64,000 nucleotides of DNA from Candidatus Omnitrophota bacterium (GTDB taxonomy: Bacteria; Omnitrophota; Gorgyraeia; Duberdicusellales; 4484-171). The DNA lies in contig JBAWWL010000002.1 in NCBI GenBank assembly GCA_037146775.1, positions 134,554 through 198,553 on the forward strand, written 5' to 3'. Positions within the stretch are counted from its first letter, which is position 1, and every line of letters starts with the position of its first letter. The translations under genes were made by a program, and so were the position numbers. Below are positions 51,039 through 61,380 of the stretch, one piece after another. The notes below the pieces were generated by a model that searched no databases, was not told the DNA's origin, and was given only the letters and a program-made list of their open reading frames with translations.

Positions 51039-52160
51039 ATGATTAGAAATACGAATGCGATATTAGCCTTAGAAGACGGCACAGTATTTAAAGGCAAATC
51101 TTTTGGGGCTATGGGTGAGGTATGTGGTGAGGTAGTTTTTAATACCAGTATGACCGGTTATCAAGAGATTATTACGGACCCTTCCTATAAAGGCCAAATT
51201 GTAGCGATGACTTATCCTGAGATTGGCAACTATGGTATTAATAAAGATGATAACGAGTCTTCCAGGCCATTTCTGGAAGGTTTCGTGGTAAAAGAGTGCA
51301 GTAAAATAGCAAGTAATTGGCGAGCAAAAGAATCTTTGGGCGATTATTTCAAAGATAATGGTATTGTGGGTATCGAAGGCGTAGATACGCGCGCACTTAC
51401 GTTACGTATAAGAAATACCGGCGCAATGAAGGCTGTATTGGCGACCGGAGATGTTGATACGAGAAAGCTGCTTGAGAAAGCAAAGAGTTCGCAAGGCTTA
51501 GTCGGCGTGGATTTAGTTAAAGAAGTAACCTGCCCTAAGAAATATTTTTGGCCTTGTCAGAAAGGTTTTCTCTACAAAGTAATTGTGCTTGATTGCGGGG
51601 TTAAATACAATATTTTAAGAAAACTGGCAGAATGTAGATGTCATGTTGCGGTTGTGCCCGCGCATACTCCCGCCAGCGAAATCATAAATATGAATCCAGA
51701 CGGTTTACTGCTTTCAAACGGCCCCGGAGATCCGGCGGCGGTTACCTATGCTATTGATACAACCAGAAAATTGCTGGGAAAAATACCAATATTTGGTATT
51801 TGTCTGGGGCAACAGATATTAGGCCTTGCTTTAGGCGGCCAAACCTACAAGCTTAAATTTGGCCACCACGGAGCCAACCATCCGGTTAAAGATTTGAAAA
51901 CAGGAAAAGTTTTGATTACGGTACAGAATCATGGTTTCTGCGTAGATGTAGATTCTTTACCGAAAAAAGAAATAGAGATCACGCATATGAATTTAAACGA
52001 CGGAACCTTAGAGGGCCTGCGGCATAAAAAGTTGCCGGTATTTTCGGTGCAGTTTCATCCCGAAGCTTCTGCCGGGCCGCATGACGCTGGATATTTGTTT
52101 GAAGAGTTTATTCAAATGATGAAAAGAAACCAGAAACCAGAGCGCCGAAACCAGAGGTAG
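51039..52160 (+). CDS. carA: carbamoyl-phosphate synthase small (glutaminase) subunit
   Basis: [14 protein letters not shown]-terminal domain. GICLGQQIL catalytic Cys. HGANHPV. The ORF track start (51015) overlaps pyrG; the internal Met is the more likely start. Confidence 0.9.
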   Translation: MIRNTNAILALEDGTVFKGKSFGAMGEVCGEVVFNTSMTGYQEIITDPSYKGQIVAMTYPEIGNYGINKDDNESSRPFLEGFVVKECSKIASNWRAKESLGDYFKDNGIVGIEGVDTRALTLRIRNTGAMKAVLATGDVDTRKLLEKAKSSQGLVGVDLVKEVTCPKKYFWPCQKGFLYKVIVLDCGVKYNILRKLAECRCHVAVVPAHTPASEIINMNPDGLLLSNGPGDPAAVTYAIDTTRKLLGKIPIFGICLGQQILGLALGGQTYKLKFGHHGANHPVKDLKTGKVLITVQNHGFCVDVDSLPKKEIEITHMNLNDGTLEGLRHKKLPVFSVQFHPEASAGPHDAGYLFEEFIQMMKRNQKPERRNQR

Positions 52161-52218
52161 AATATTTTTTGTCATCTGTTCTCTGGTAACTGGTGTCTGG
52201 TATCTTTCAAGTAAAACC

Positions 52219-55200
52219 ATGCCTAAAAGAAAAGACATTAAAAAAATATTGATTATCGGATCGGGCCCTATTGTCATAGGTCAGGCTTGTGAATTCGATT
52301 ATTCCGGAACACAGGCCTGCAAGGCGTTAAAAGAAGAGGGTTATAAGGTTGTGTTGGTCAACTCTAATCCGGCGACCATTATGACCGATCCGCAAACAGC
52401 AGATGCCACCTATATTGAGCCGATAACTCCTGAAATAGTTGAGAAAATTATCGCTAAAGAAAAACCGGATGCGTTATTGCCTACCTTGGGCGGTCAAACC
52501 GGTCTCAATGTTGCTACTAAGTTGGTAGAAAAAGGGGTGCTTGATAGATATAAAGTTAAAATGATTGGAGCAGATTATACAGCAATAAAGAAAGCAGAGG
52601 ATAGAAAATATTTCAAAAACACTATGTTAAAGATCGGCCTGGATTTGCCTAAAAGTAAACTCGCATACAACATGAAAGAAGCAAGAAGGGCTGTAGAGAA
52701 AATAGGGTTACCGGCCATCATACGCCCGAGTTTTACTTTAGGCGGAACCGGCGGAGGTATTGCGTATAGTCAAAAAGAATTTGAAAGGATAGCGGAAAAT
52801 GGTTTACATAACAGCATGATACACGAAATTCTTATCGAAGAATCTGTAATAGGCTGGAAAGAATATGAATTGGAAGTGATGCGGGATTTTAAGGATAATG
52901 TTGTTATTATATGCTCAATAGAAAATTTTGACCCTATGGGGGTGCATACCGGAGATTCTATAACAGTAGCGCCAGCCCAGACATTAACAGATAAAGAATA
53001 TCAAAATATGCGGGATGCGGCGATAAAAATAATCAGGGAAATAGGTGTAGATACCGGTGGTTCCAATATTCAGTTTGCGGTAAATCCAAAAAATGGCAGG
53101 CTGGTAGTTATCGAAATGAATCCGCGGGTTTCGCGTAGTTCCGCTCTCGCCAGCAAGGCAACCGGTTTTCCTATCGCTAAAATTGCCGCCAAGCTTGCCG
53201 TAGGTTTTAGTCTCGATGAAATACGCAACGATATTACCAAACAAACCCCGGCTTCTTTTGAACCGGCAATAGATTATTGTGTAGTAAAAATTCCCCGTTT
53301 TGCCTTTGAAAAGTTTCCTGAAGCCGGTGATATTTTAGGTATATCGATGAAGTCAGTAGGTGAAACTATGGCTATAGGCCGCACATTCAAAGAAGCTCTG
53401 CAGAAGGGCTTGCGCGGTTTGGAAATCGGTCATAGCGGCCTTGATAACAAGAATAATTACCGTCAGATACCTTATAAAAAGATAAAGTTGCGCTTAGAAG
53501 AGCCGAATGCTTCGCGCATATTTTATATTAAGTATGCGCTGCAGAAAGGTTTTAGTTTGGGAGAAATTTCCCGGCTTACCGGCATTGATCCGTGGTTTTT
53601 GCAAAACATTAAAGACATTGTAGATTTTGAACATGTTATTGAAAAGTCAGGCAAGCATATTTCCCGGGAAATACTTTTAGAGGCAAAGCAATATGGTTTT
53701 AGCGATAGGCAGATTGCCGAGTTGATTGGTTTAAGCGAGTCAGCCGTGAGAGAGAAAAGAAAGTCAAAGGGGGTAGAAGCAACTTTCAAGTTGGTTGATA
53801 CCTGTGCGGGAGAATTCCAGGCATATACACCATATTATTATTCAACCTACGAAACCGAAGATGAAACGCGTAAGTCCAAGAAGAAAAAAATTATGATTTT
53901 AGGCGGCGGCCCGAACAGGATCGGCCAGGGCATAGAGTTTGATTATTGCTGTTGCCAGGCGGCATTCGCGCTCGGCGAATTGGGATTTGAAACAATTATG
54001 GTCAATTCTAATCCCGAAACAGTTTCTACTGATTATGATACTTCGGATAAGTTATATTTTGAACCGCTTACTTTTGAAGATGTAATGAATATTATTGATA
54101 AGGAAAAGCCGCACGGCGTCATTGTCCAATTTGGAGGGCAAACTCCGCTTAATTTGGCAAAGAAATTAAAAGATGCCGGAGTGCCTATTATCGGAACTAC
54201 CGTTGAATCAATAGATATTGCCGAGGACAGGGATAAATTTGCCAAAGTGTTGCGCAAGCTACATATAAAACAACCGCCCAATGGTTCAGCTTATTCTAAA
54301 GAGGAGGCGGAAAAAATAGCTAAAAGGATAGGTTATCCCGTATTGGTGCGGCCTTCCTATGTTTTAGGCGGAAGAGCCATGCATATAGTTTACGACGAGG
54401 AATCTTTAGCGGAGTGTATAGCCGAGGCACAGAGAGTTTCCGAGGAACACCCTATTTTAATAGATAAATTTTTAGAGGACGCAGTGGAAGTGGACGTAGA
54501 TGCGGTTGCTGACGGGACGTCTACCGTGATTGGCGGTATTATGGAACACATTGAAGAAGCGGGAATACACTCGGGCGACTCAGCCTGTGTAATACCGCCG
54601 CATACCTTAAGCGATGAAATTATTTCTACCATTAAAAAATATACCTGCGCTATCGGTAAAGAACTAAAAGTAAAAGGGTTATTTAATCTTCAGTGTGCGG
54701 TAAAAAATGATGTCGTATACATGCTTGAGGTTAATCCCAGGGCTTCGCGGACAGTGCCCTTTGTGAGCAAGGCTACAGGAATTGCATTAGCGAAGATAGC
54801 TGCAGCGGTTATGGTTGGTAAAAAACTATCGCATTTTAAGATTGATCAGGATCCACTGATTTCTCACGTAGCAGTAAAAGAGGCGGTGCTGCCGTTTTCA
54901 AGATTCTCCGGCGTTGATATTATCCTTGGCCCGGAAATGAAATCAACCGGAGAGGTAATGGGTATCGATTCGTCGTTTGGCAGTGCTTTTTATAAAGCGC
55001 AAATTGCCGCCGGTCAAACCCTTCCTTTGTCGGGAAAAGTATTTTTAAGCGTAAAGAATGACGACAAACGCGACATAGTTTTTATTGCGAAGAAGCTTTA
55101 TGATATGAATTTTAAAATTATCGCTACCAACGGTACCTGGAAAGTGCTTACTTCAAATAATATTAAGGCTGAAAAAATAGATAAAATCGCTGAAGGTAAC

Positions 55201-55446
55201 AGCCGAATTTTAGAGCTTATAAAAAACGAAAAGATTAAACTTATTATCAATACTCCTTCCGGTAAGAAAGGGCAATCTGATATGAAAGCAATGCGCAGTC
55301 TGGCAGTACGCTATGGTGTGCCATGTATTACCACGCTTCAAGGCGCGCAAGCCGCAGTTAACGGAATAGAAACGACATTTAAGAAGAAATTGGAAGTAAA
55401 GTCTTTACAGAAATATTTGGAAAAACATTCCGTACCCACAAAATAA
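52219..55446 (+). CDS. carB: carbamoyl-phosphate synthase large subunit
   Basis: Duplicated ATP-grasp halves ([23 protein letters not shown]; [23 protein letters not shown]). MGS-like C-terminal domain. 1075 aa. Confidence 0.95.
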   Translation: MPKRKDIKKILIIGSGPIVIGQACEFDYSGTQACKALKEEGYKVVLVNSNPATIMTDPQTADATYIEPITPEIVEKIIAKEKPDALLPTLGGQTGLNVATKLVEKGVLDRYKVKMIGADYTAIKKAEDRKYFKNTMLKIGLDLPKSKLAYNMKEARRAVEKIGLPAIIRPSFTLGGTGGGIAYSQKEFERIAENGLHNSMIHEILIEESVIGWKEYELEVMRDFKDNVVIICSIENFDPMGVHTGDSITVAPAQTLTDKEYQNMRDAAIKIIREIGVDTGGSNIQFAVNPKNGRLVVIEMNPRVSRSSALASKATGFPIAKIAAKLAVGFSLDEIRNDITKQTPASFEPAIDYCVVKIPRFAFEKFPEAGDILGISMKSVGETMAIGRTFKEALQKGLRGLEIGHSGLDNKNNYRQIPYKKIKLRLEEPNASRIFYIKYALQKGFSLGEISRLTGIDPWFLQNIKDIVDFEHVIEKSGKHISREILLEAKQYGFSDRQIAELIGLSESAVREKRKSKGVEATFKLVDTCAGEFQAYTPYYYSTYETEDETRKSKKKKIMILGGGPNRIGQGIEFDYCCCQAAFALGELGFETIMVNSNPETVSTDYDTSDKLYFEPLTFEDVMNIIDKEKPHGVIVQFGGQTPLNLAKKLKDAGVPIIGTTVESIDIAEDRDKFAKVLRKLHIKQPPNGSAYSKEEAEKIAKRIGYPVLVRPSYVLGGRAMHIVYDEESLAECIAEAQRVSEEHPILIDKFLEDAVEVDVDAVADGTSTVIGGIMEHIEEAGIHSGDSACVIPPHTLSDEIISTIKKYTCAIGKELKVKGLFNLQCAVKNDVVYMLEVNPRASRTVPFVSKATGIALAKIAAAVMVGKKLSHFKIDQDPLISHVAVKEAVLPFSRFSGVDIILGPEMKSTGEVMGIDSSFGSAFYKAQIAAGQTLPLSGKVFLSVKNDDKRDIVFIAKKLYDMNFKIIATNGTWKVLTSNNIKAEKIDKIAEGNSRILELIKNEKIKLIINTPSGKKGQSDMKAMRSLAVRYGVPCITTLQGAQAAVNGIETTFKKKLEVKSLQKYLEKHSVPTK

Positions 55447-55524
55447 TCTTTCGGTCTTTAGCTTGAGGAGATTCTTTTCCTGCCTTCGCAAAATTAATTG
55501 ACACTCAATAGGGGCGTGGTAGAA

Positions 55525-55552
55525 TCGTTATGAACATATGTTCATAACGATA
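55525..55552. promoter_or_regulatory. perfect 28-bp palindrome (operator-like) upstream of the DUF134 gene
   Basis: ATCGTTATGAACAT|ATGTTCATAACGAT, positioned 12 bp before the RBS. Confidence 0.7.
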
Positions 55553-55563
55553 ACGAGGATATT

Positions 55564-55869
55564 ATGAGGCCCAAGAAGACACGATGGGTAAAATGCATAC
55601 CTGGCGAAAGGTGTTTTAAGCCCCTTTGCAAACCTTTACATAAATTAGAAGGTGTCTATTTGACGCTCGATGAATTTGAGGCGGTACGTCTTGCTTGTCT
55701 TGAAGAATTGAAGCAAGTTGATGCGGCGAAGCTTATGAAGATATCGCGTCCTACTTTTTCGCGGATTTTAACTTCAGCTCAAGCGAAGATTGCCGACGGT
55801 TTAGTTAATATTAAAGTCATACGCATTGAGGGCGGCTGTTGTAAGATTGGGAGAAAGAGTAAACAATGA
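55564..55869 (+). CDS. DUF134/UPF0251-like putative DNA-binding protein with N-terminal Cys triad
   Basis: N-terminal KKTRWVKCIPGERCFKPLCKP (three Cys) resembles the DUF134 N-terminus. C-terminal sigma-70 region-4-like HTH (KLMKISRPTFSRILTSAQAKIADGL). Confidence 0.5.
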   Translation: MRPKKTRWVKCIPGERCFKPLCKPLHKLEGVYLTLDEFEAVRLACLEELKQVDAAKLMKISRPTFSRILTSAQAKIADGLVNIKVIRIEGGCCKIGRKSKQ

Positions 55870-56153
55870 ATCCCGCCCTTCCTAAATTTTATTATGTTTA
55901 TATCCTGAGGAATAATCAAAGAAATTGGACATATATTGGCTGTTCTTCAGACTTGGTTAAAAGGCAGGAGGAGCATAATTCAGGTAAATGCTTCTCAACT
56001 AGAAATTATCTGCCTTTAGAATTAGTATATTATGAGGCCTATTTATCAAAGGCGGATGCATTTAATAGAGAGAAGAAATTAAAATACTTCGGCAGTAGTT
56101 TTACAAAGCTAAAACAGAGAATTAAGAATTCTATGGGAGGAAGGGCGGGATGA
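55866..56153 (+). CDS. GIY-YIG domain protein (UPF0213/YhbQ-like)
   Basis: FYYVYILRNNQRNWTYIGCSSDLVKRQEEHNSGK ... REKKLK. 95 aa. Confidence 0.8.
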   Translation: MNPALPKFYYVYILRNNQRNWTYIGCSSDLVKRQEEHNSGKCFSTRNYLPLELVYYEAYLSKADAFNREKKLKYFGSSFTKLKQRIKNSMGGRAG

Positions 56154-57322
56154 AAGACTGGAAGAAATTTTTGTATATTGTGGCTATATTTTTGGGATGT
56201 TTTTATCTTCCTGTCGAAAACATCCGTTTCGGAAACGCTATATTTGAAGCGCTTGCCTTGGTTAGGTGGTATGCCCGCGAGCACGTACTTTTGTGCTTGG
56301 TGCCGGCTTTTTTTATTGCAGGCGCGATTTCGGTTTTTGTTAGCCAGGCATCGGTAATGAAATATTTTGGCGCTAAAGCAAATAAGTTTCTTTCATACAG
56401 CGTTGCTTCAATCTCGGGAACGATATTGGCGGTTTGTTCTTGCACGGTTTTGCCTTTGTTTGCCGGGATCTACAAAAGAGGAGCTGGTTTGGGTCCTGCC
56501 GTAGTCTTTCTGTATTCCGGACCCGCGATAAACGTTCTGGCTATTATTTTAACCGCCAAGGTTCTCGGCTGGCAGCTTGGGTTAGCCCGGGCAATCGGCG
56601 CAATAGTGTTTAGTGTTGTTATCGGCTTATTAATGCATTTTATTTTCTTGAAAGAAGAGCGTGCTCGCCAGGCAAGCGGTGATTTTGATGTGGGAGAGGT
56701 AAAAGAGGCACGTTCATTGCTTCAGACCGCTCTATATTTTGTTTCTCTGGTTGCAATACTCGTTTTCGCTAATTGGAGCAAACCGTTAGAAGGCGATAAG
56801 GGGTTGTGGACTTTGATATACCAGTATAAATGGTGGATCACCGGATTTGCTCTTGCAAGTTTGGGTTTTATGCTTATTAAATGGTTCCGCAAGAATGAAT
56901 TGAAAGAATGGACTGGCGTGACGTGGGGTTTTGCTTTACAAATTCTACCGCTCCTTTTAGGCGGGGTTTTAGTTTCCGGGTTTCTCCTTGGCAGGGTTGG
57001 GCACGAAGGTGTCATTCCTTCGCGGTTCATCGAGTCGCTTGTGGGAGGAAATTCATTCCGCGCGAATTTCTTTTCTTCAATCGTGGCGGCCTTTATGTAT
57101 TTTGCTACGCTCACAGAGGTGCCTATATTGCAGGGATTGATAAATTCAGGGATGGGCAAGGGGCCGGCGCTCGCACTTCTTTTGGCCGGACCTGCCTTGA
57201 GCTTACCGAGCATGATTGTTTTACGAAGCATTGTGGGAACAAAAAAGACGGTTGTGTATGTATCGCTTGTGGTAATTATGGCGACGATCACGGGCATGAT
57301 TTTTGGTTTTATCGTCAAATAA
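56150..57322 (+). CDS. DUF318/YraQ-family permease, ArsP-like (organoarsenical efflux candidate)
   Basis: Two-repeat permease with CSCTVLP motif (compare ArsP TPFCSCS). Located directly upstream of arsM. Confidence 0.6.
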   Translation: MKDWKKFLYIVAIFLGCFYLPVENIRFGNAIFEALALVRWYAREHVLLCLVPAFFIAGAISVFVSQASVMKYFGAKANKFLSYSVASISGTILAVCSCTVLPLFAGIYKRGAGLGPAVVFLYSGPAINVLAIILTAKVLGWQLGLARAIGAIVFSVVIGLLMHFIFLKEERARQASGDFDVGEVKEARSLLQTALYFVSLVAILVFANWSKPLEGDKGLWTLIYQYKWWITGFALASLGFMLIKWFRKNELKEWTGVTWGFALQILPLLLGGVLVSGFLLGRVGHEGVIPSRFIESLVGGNSFRANFFSSIVAAFMYFATLTEVPILQGLINSGMGKGPALALLLAGPALSLPSMIVLRSIVGTKKTVVYVSLVVIMATITGMIFGFIVK

Positions 57323-57333
57323 GAGGTGTAGAT

Positions 57334-58164
57334 ATGAAAAATAAACCAGAGGATATCAAAAAAATTGTCAGAGAAGGTTATGCCAAGGTGGCAAAGCAAA
57401 GCGTTTCTTGCTGTCCGGGTGGTTCTTGTTGCGGGGGCTCCAATTCCGCTAAAAATATAAGTAAAACCATAGGGTATAGCGATAAAGAAATAAATGCAGT
57501 TCCCGAAGGCGCGAATTTAGGCCTGGGGTGCGGCAATCCGGTTGCGATAGCATCCTTAAAGGAAGGGGATGTTGTTTTGGATTTAGGGAGCGGTGCGGGA
57601 TTTGATGCGTTTCTTGCTTCAGCCAAGGTAGGAAAAACCGGGCGCGTTATTGGTGTCGATATGACTCAAGAGATGCTTAAGAAGGCTTGCGAGAATGCTA
57701 AAAAGGGTAACTATACGAATGTTGAATTTAGGCTGGGCGAAATCGAAAAGCTTCCGGTTGAAGATGATTCCGTCGATGTGATTATCTCAAATTGTGTGAT
57801 TAATCTTTCGCCCGACAAGGAAGCTGTTTTTAAGGAGTCTTTTCGGGTTCTTAAACCCGGCGGAAGGCTTATGGTGTCCGATTTGGTTTTGGTAAAAGAT
57901 TTACCCGATATTATTAAGGAATCCGCCGAAGCTTATGTGGGTTGCCTTAGCGGGGCTATAATGAAAGATGATTATTTATTTTTTATTAAAAAGGCAGGAT
58001 TCCGGGATGTTGATATTATCAGCCAATCCAGTTACCCTATTCGGGCTATGGCGAATGATGTGACTGCGCAAGTGGTTAAAAATAATCCGGATATAACGCA
58101 GGAAGATTTATGCGGTATTAAAGATGCGGTAGCGAGTATTAAGGTTTGCGCTACGAAGCCTTAA
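57334..58164 (+). CDS. arsM: arsenite S-adenosylmethionine methyltransferase
   Basis: Cys-rich N-terminus SCCPGGSCCGG. SAM motif VLDLGSGAGFDAF. Motif II/III VIISNCVINLSPDK. The ORF track's long N-terminal extension (56908) is an artefact. Confidence 0.8.
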   Translation: MKNKPEDIKKIVREGYAKVAKQSVSCCPGGSCCGGSNSAKNISKTIGYSDKEINAVPEGANLGLGCGNPVAIASLKEGDVVLDLGSGAGFDAFLASAKVGKTGRVIGVDMTQEMLKKACENAKKGNYTNVEFRLGEIEKLPVEDDSVDVIISNCVINLSPDKEAVFKESFRVLKPGGRLMVSDLVLVKDLPDIIKESAEAYVGCLSGAIMKDDYLFFIKKAGFRDVDIISQSSYPIRAMANDVTAQVVKNNPDITQEDLCGIKDAVASIKVCATKP

Positions 58165-58188
58165 AGCGTAGAGGGGGAGAGAGAAGCC

Positions 58189-58422
58189 ATGAAGATTGAA
58201 ATTTTAGGCATGGGTTGTCCGAGGTGCAAGCAGCTTACGGCAAATACCGAGGCAGCCGTAAAAGAACTAAAAATTATTGCAGAAATTATTAAAGTAACCG
58301 ATATCAATAAGATTGCTGAATACAATGTTATGACGACGCCTGCCGTGGTGGTTGACGGTAAGGTAGTTTCTTCGGGAAAGGTACTTACTAAGGATGAAAT
58401 TAAGAAATTAATTGCTGGGTAA
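58189..58422 (+). CDS. thioredoxin-fold 'redox-active disulfide protein 2'-like small protein
   Basis: 77 aa. MGCPRC CxxC motif. Typical genomic partner of DUF318 permeases. Confidence 0.65.
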   Translation: MKIEILGMGCPRCKQLTANTEAAVKELKIIAEIIKVTDINKIAEYNVMTTPAVVVDGKVVSSGKVLTKDEIKKLIAG

Positions 58423-58431
58423 GGAGCTCGT

Positions 58432-58848
58432 ATGTATAAAAAAGTAGTTTTAATTTTGTATATTTTTTGGTTTTCTGCTGTCTCTTTTGCCGCAGATAAA
58501 CCGTCGGGCAGTACTGTTTACGCGTATTACTTTCATGGTACCATGCGTTGTCCGACTTGCCACAAGCTTGAACAATATTCTAGAGAAGCGATCGAAAATA
58601 GTTTTAAGGCCGAGATTGCTTCGGGCAAGCTGCAGTTTAAAACTGTTAACGTGGATGAGAAAGCAAACGAACATTTCGTCGGTGATTACCAGCTTTATAC
58701 TAAATCTCTTATTTTGTCGTTAGTCCAAGACGGAAAAGAAAAAAAATGGAAGAATCTGGATAAGATTTGGGAGTATGTTGGCAATAAACAGAAATTTATT
58801 GATTATGTAAAGAGCGGGGTCACCGATTTATTGAAGGAAGCCGAATGA
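58432..58848 (+). CDS. secreted thioredoxin-fold protein
   Basis: Signal peptide plus CPTC motif (HGTMRCPTCHKLE). Confidence 0.5.
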   Translation: MYKKVVLILYIFWFSAVSFAADKPSGSTVYAYYFHGTMRCPTCHKLEQYSREAIENSFKAEIASGKLQFKTVNVDEKANEHFVGDYQLYTKSLILSLVQDGKEKKWKNLDKIWEYVGNKQKFIDYVKSGVTDLLKEAE

Positions 58849-59534
58849 CAGAGGTATTTATAGGTTTTGCGTCAGCATTGTGGCTAGGGATTTTGACATC
58901 CATTAGTCCGTGCCCTTTGGCTAGTAATGTGGCTGCTATTTCCTTCCTGTCAAAGAAGATAGCTCATCCGGTACTGGTGTTGATTTCAGGGCTGGCTTAC
59001 ACGTTTGGTAGAATGTTTTCGTATGCGGTGTTAGGATGGATTATCGTCAATTCTCTTTTAAGCGTTCCTCAAATCGCACAGTTTTTGCAGAAATACATGG
59101 GTAAAGCTCTGGGGCCGCTATTAATTCTTGTTGGGCTCATATTGCTTGAAATAATCACTATCCGCTTGCCGGGGCTATCGATTTCACAAAAATATCACAA
59201 TAAACTGGCAGAATCCGGCGCACCGGGCGCTTTTTTGCTTGGTTTTATTTTTGCGCTGGCATTTTGTCCTATCTCGGCAGCGTTATACTTTGGGAATCTT
59301 ATTCCTTTAGCTATCAATGGCAAGAGCGGTATCGTCCTGCCGTTAATTTACGGAATTGGTACAGGGCTACCGGTTTTCGTATTTGCTGTTGCTATCGCCT
59401 TGGGCGTGAAATCGTTGAGCCATTGGTTTCATAAAATCACACGGTTTGAATACTATACTCGCAAGATTACCGGAGCCGTATTTGTCATTGTGGGAATCTA
59501 CTATATAGGTATATATACTTTGAGACTATTTTAA
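58845..59534 (+). CDS. CcdA/DsbD-family thiol:disulfide transporter-like membrane protein
   Basis: SPCPL motif in the first TM. Six TM helices. ATGA overlap with the upstream gene. Confidence 0.55.
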   Translation: MTEVFIGFASALWLGILTSISPCPLASNVAAISFLSKKIAHPVLVLISGLAYTFGRMFSYAVLGWIIVNSLLSVPQIAQFLQKYMGKALGPLLILVGLILLEIITIRLPGLSISQKYHNKLAESGAPGAFLLGFIFALAFCPISAALYFGNLIPLAINGKSGIVLPLIYGIGTGLPVFVFAVAIALGVKSLSHWFHKITRFEYYTRKITGAVFVIVGIYYIGIYTLRLF

Positions 59535-59632
59535 GGTGCGCTATTGGAGATAAATAAGAACAAGAAGTACGAAATAATTGTTTTTCTTAATCAAGATGAA
59601 GGTTTAAAAGCTCATCAGAAAGGAGATTTTGA

Positions 59633-60703
59633 ATGTCTGAAATCAAAAGTACTGTAAAACTTCCATTCTTTGAGAGGTATCTTTCTTTTTGGGTTATTCT
59701 TTGTATCATCGCTGGGGTAATTATTGGAAAAATATTTCCTGTGGGAGTAAATTTCTTAAGTAAACTAGAAGTGTCTCAGGTGAATATTCCGGTTGCGGTC
59801 CTTATCTGGTTGATGATTTATCCTATGATGGTGCAGATTGATTTCTCTAGTATTGTAAGGGCAGGGAAAAAACCCAAGGGATTAGTAGTAACATTAGTTG
59901 TAAATTGGTTGATCAAGCCGTTTACTATGGCGGTATTTGCAGCAATATTCTTAAAGTATATATTCGCCGCTTTTATCAGTCCCGCTTTAGCCAAAGAATA
60001 TATTGCCGGCGCTATACTTTTAGGAGCTGCGCCTTGTACAGCCATGGTTTTTGTATGGAGCTATTTAACCAAAGGAGATCCTGCTTATACCCTGGTTCAG
60101 GTGGCAGTAAATGATCTGGTAATATTAGTAGCTTTTGTTCCTATTGTTAAATTCCTGTTGGGCGTAAATCAAATTATTGTGCCCTATGATACCTTAATCT
60201 ATTCCACTATCTTTTTTGTTGTTATCCCGCTTGTAGGCGGGTATGTTTCTAGGGTGTATCTATTGAAGATGAAAGGGGCAGATTGGTTTGAAAACGTATT
60301 TTTAAAAATGCTTAAACCGGTAACAATTTTAGGGTTATTATTGACTTTAATTATTCTTTTTGCTTTTCAAGGGAATATAATACTCGGGAATCCCCTTCAT
60401 ATATTATTAATAGCTATTCCTCTGACAATACAGACATATTTTATTTTTTTCATAGGTTATTTATGGTCTAGGAAATGGCGTTTAGCTCATTCTATTGCTG
60501 CTCCTGCGGGAATGATTGGCGCAAGCAACTTCTTTGAGCTATCCGTAGCTGTGGCAATTTCTTTATTTGGGCTAAAGAGCGGAGCAGCACTTGTTACTGT
60601 AGTAGGCGTCCTTACTGAAGTGCCAATAATGCTGAGTCTGGTTTATTTTTCCAATAGAACGCGACATTGGTTTGAGCCGGAGAAGAAAATAATCCCCAAG
60701 TAG
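59633..60703 (+). CDS. acr3: arsenite efflux transporter, ACR3 family
   Basis: N-terminus LPFFERYLSFWVILCIIAGVIIGKIFP and IYPMMVQIDF match the ACR3 consensus. 10 TM helices. Confidence 0.8.
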   Translation: MSEIKSTVKLPFFERYLSFWVILCIIAGVIIGKIFPVGVNFLSKLEVSQVNIPVAVLIWLMIYPMMVQIDFSSIVRAGKKPKGLVVTLVVNWLIKPFTMAVFAAIFLKYIFAAFISPALAKEYIAGAILLGAAPCTAMVFVWSYLTKGDPAYTLVQVAVNDLVILVAFVPIVKFLLGVNQIIVPYDTLIYSTIFFVVIPLVGGYVSRVYLLKMKGADWFENVFLKMLKPVTILGLLLTLIILFAFQGNIILGNPLHILLIAIPLTIQTYFIFFIGYLWSRKWRLAHSIAAPAGMIGASNFFELSVAVAISLFGLKSGAALVTVVGVLTEVPIMLSLVYFSNRTRHWFEPEKKIIPK

Positions 60704-60716
60704 AATAATAATTTGA

Positions 60717-61082
60717 ATGGAGCCGTTAATGAGTAAAAAACGGATTTTATTTGTTTGTGTTCATAATCCAGCGCGAAGCCAGATGGCAGAGACTTTTCTT
60801 AAGAAACAGGGCAATAATCGCCTTGAAGTAGAAAGCGCAGGCCTTGAGCCAGGCGAACTTAATTCTTTAGCTATTGAAGTAATGAAGGAAGTCGGTATTG
60901 ATATTTCTCAAAATAAAACTAAAAGTGCTTTTGATTTTTATAAACAGGGAAAACAATATGATTATGTGATTACTGTTTGCTCGCAGTCTGAAGGTAAGGT
61001 TTGTCCGGTATTTCCCGGTAAGGCCGAAAAGCTTCGCTGGGGCTTTGATGATCCTTCAAGCTTCACGGGAATACAGCAATAA
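60717..61082 (+). CDS. arsC: arsenate reductase, LMW-PTP/thioredoxin-coupled type, interrupted by an in-frame TAA (possible pseudogene or truncated form; reading frame continues to 61160)
   Basis: ILFVCVHNPARSQMAE P-loop and VCSQSEGKVCP Cys pair. After TAA at 61080 the same frame encodes RLQKTREVRDGILETIQEWMKNFKI*, which aligns to the ArsC C-terminal helix. Confidence 0.75.
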   Translation: MEPLMSKKRILFVCVHNPARSQMAETFLKKQGNNRLEVESAGLEPGELNSLAIEVMKEVGIDISQNKTKSAFDFYKQGKQYDYVITVCSQSEGKVCPVFPGKAEKLRWGFDDPSSFTGIQQ

Positions 61083-61380
61083 CGTTTACAAAAGACACGC
61101 GAAGTACGCGACGGGATTCTAGAAACTATTCAGGAGTGGATGAAAAACTTCAAAATTTAACCGGCCAAATTTACAACCGCATAGGTTTTATATTTTTTCA
61201 TAAAACGGATAAAGCATTAGTATGATAGTAATCCGTGTCTTATTTAAATTCCTTGAAGGTAAAGGGCTTGAGGGTATAATATCACTGAGGAAATCATTGA
61301 AAATGATTGATACGGCCGGTTAAATACTCGCGCATATTTTTTCTTCGCACGAAAGATTGTAGAGAAAGGGGGCACGTAAC

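Noticed and set aside
56908-58164. 418-aa ORF suggesting a very long ArsM with N-terminal extension
   Set aside because: The extension overlaps the permease gene in another frame and has Arg/Cys-rich low-complexity sequence. The ArsM homology and an RBS begin at the ATG at 57334.
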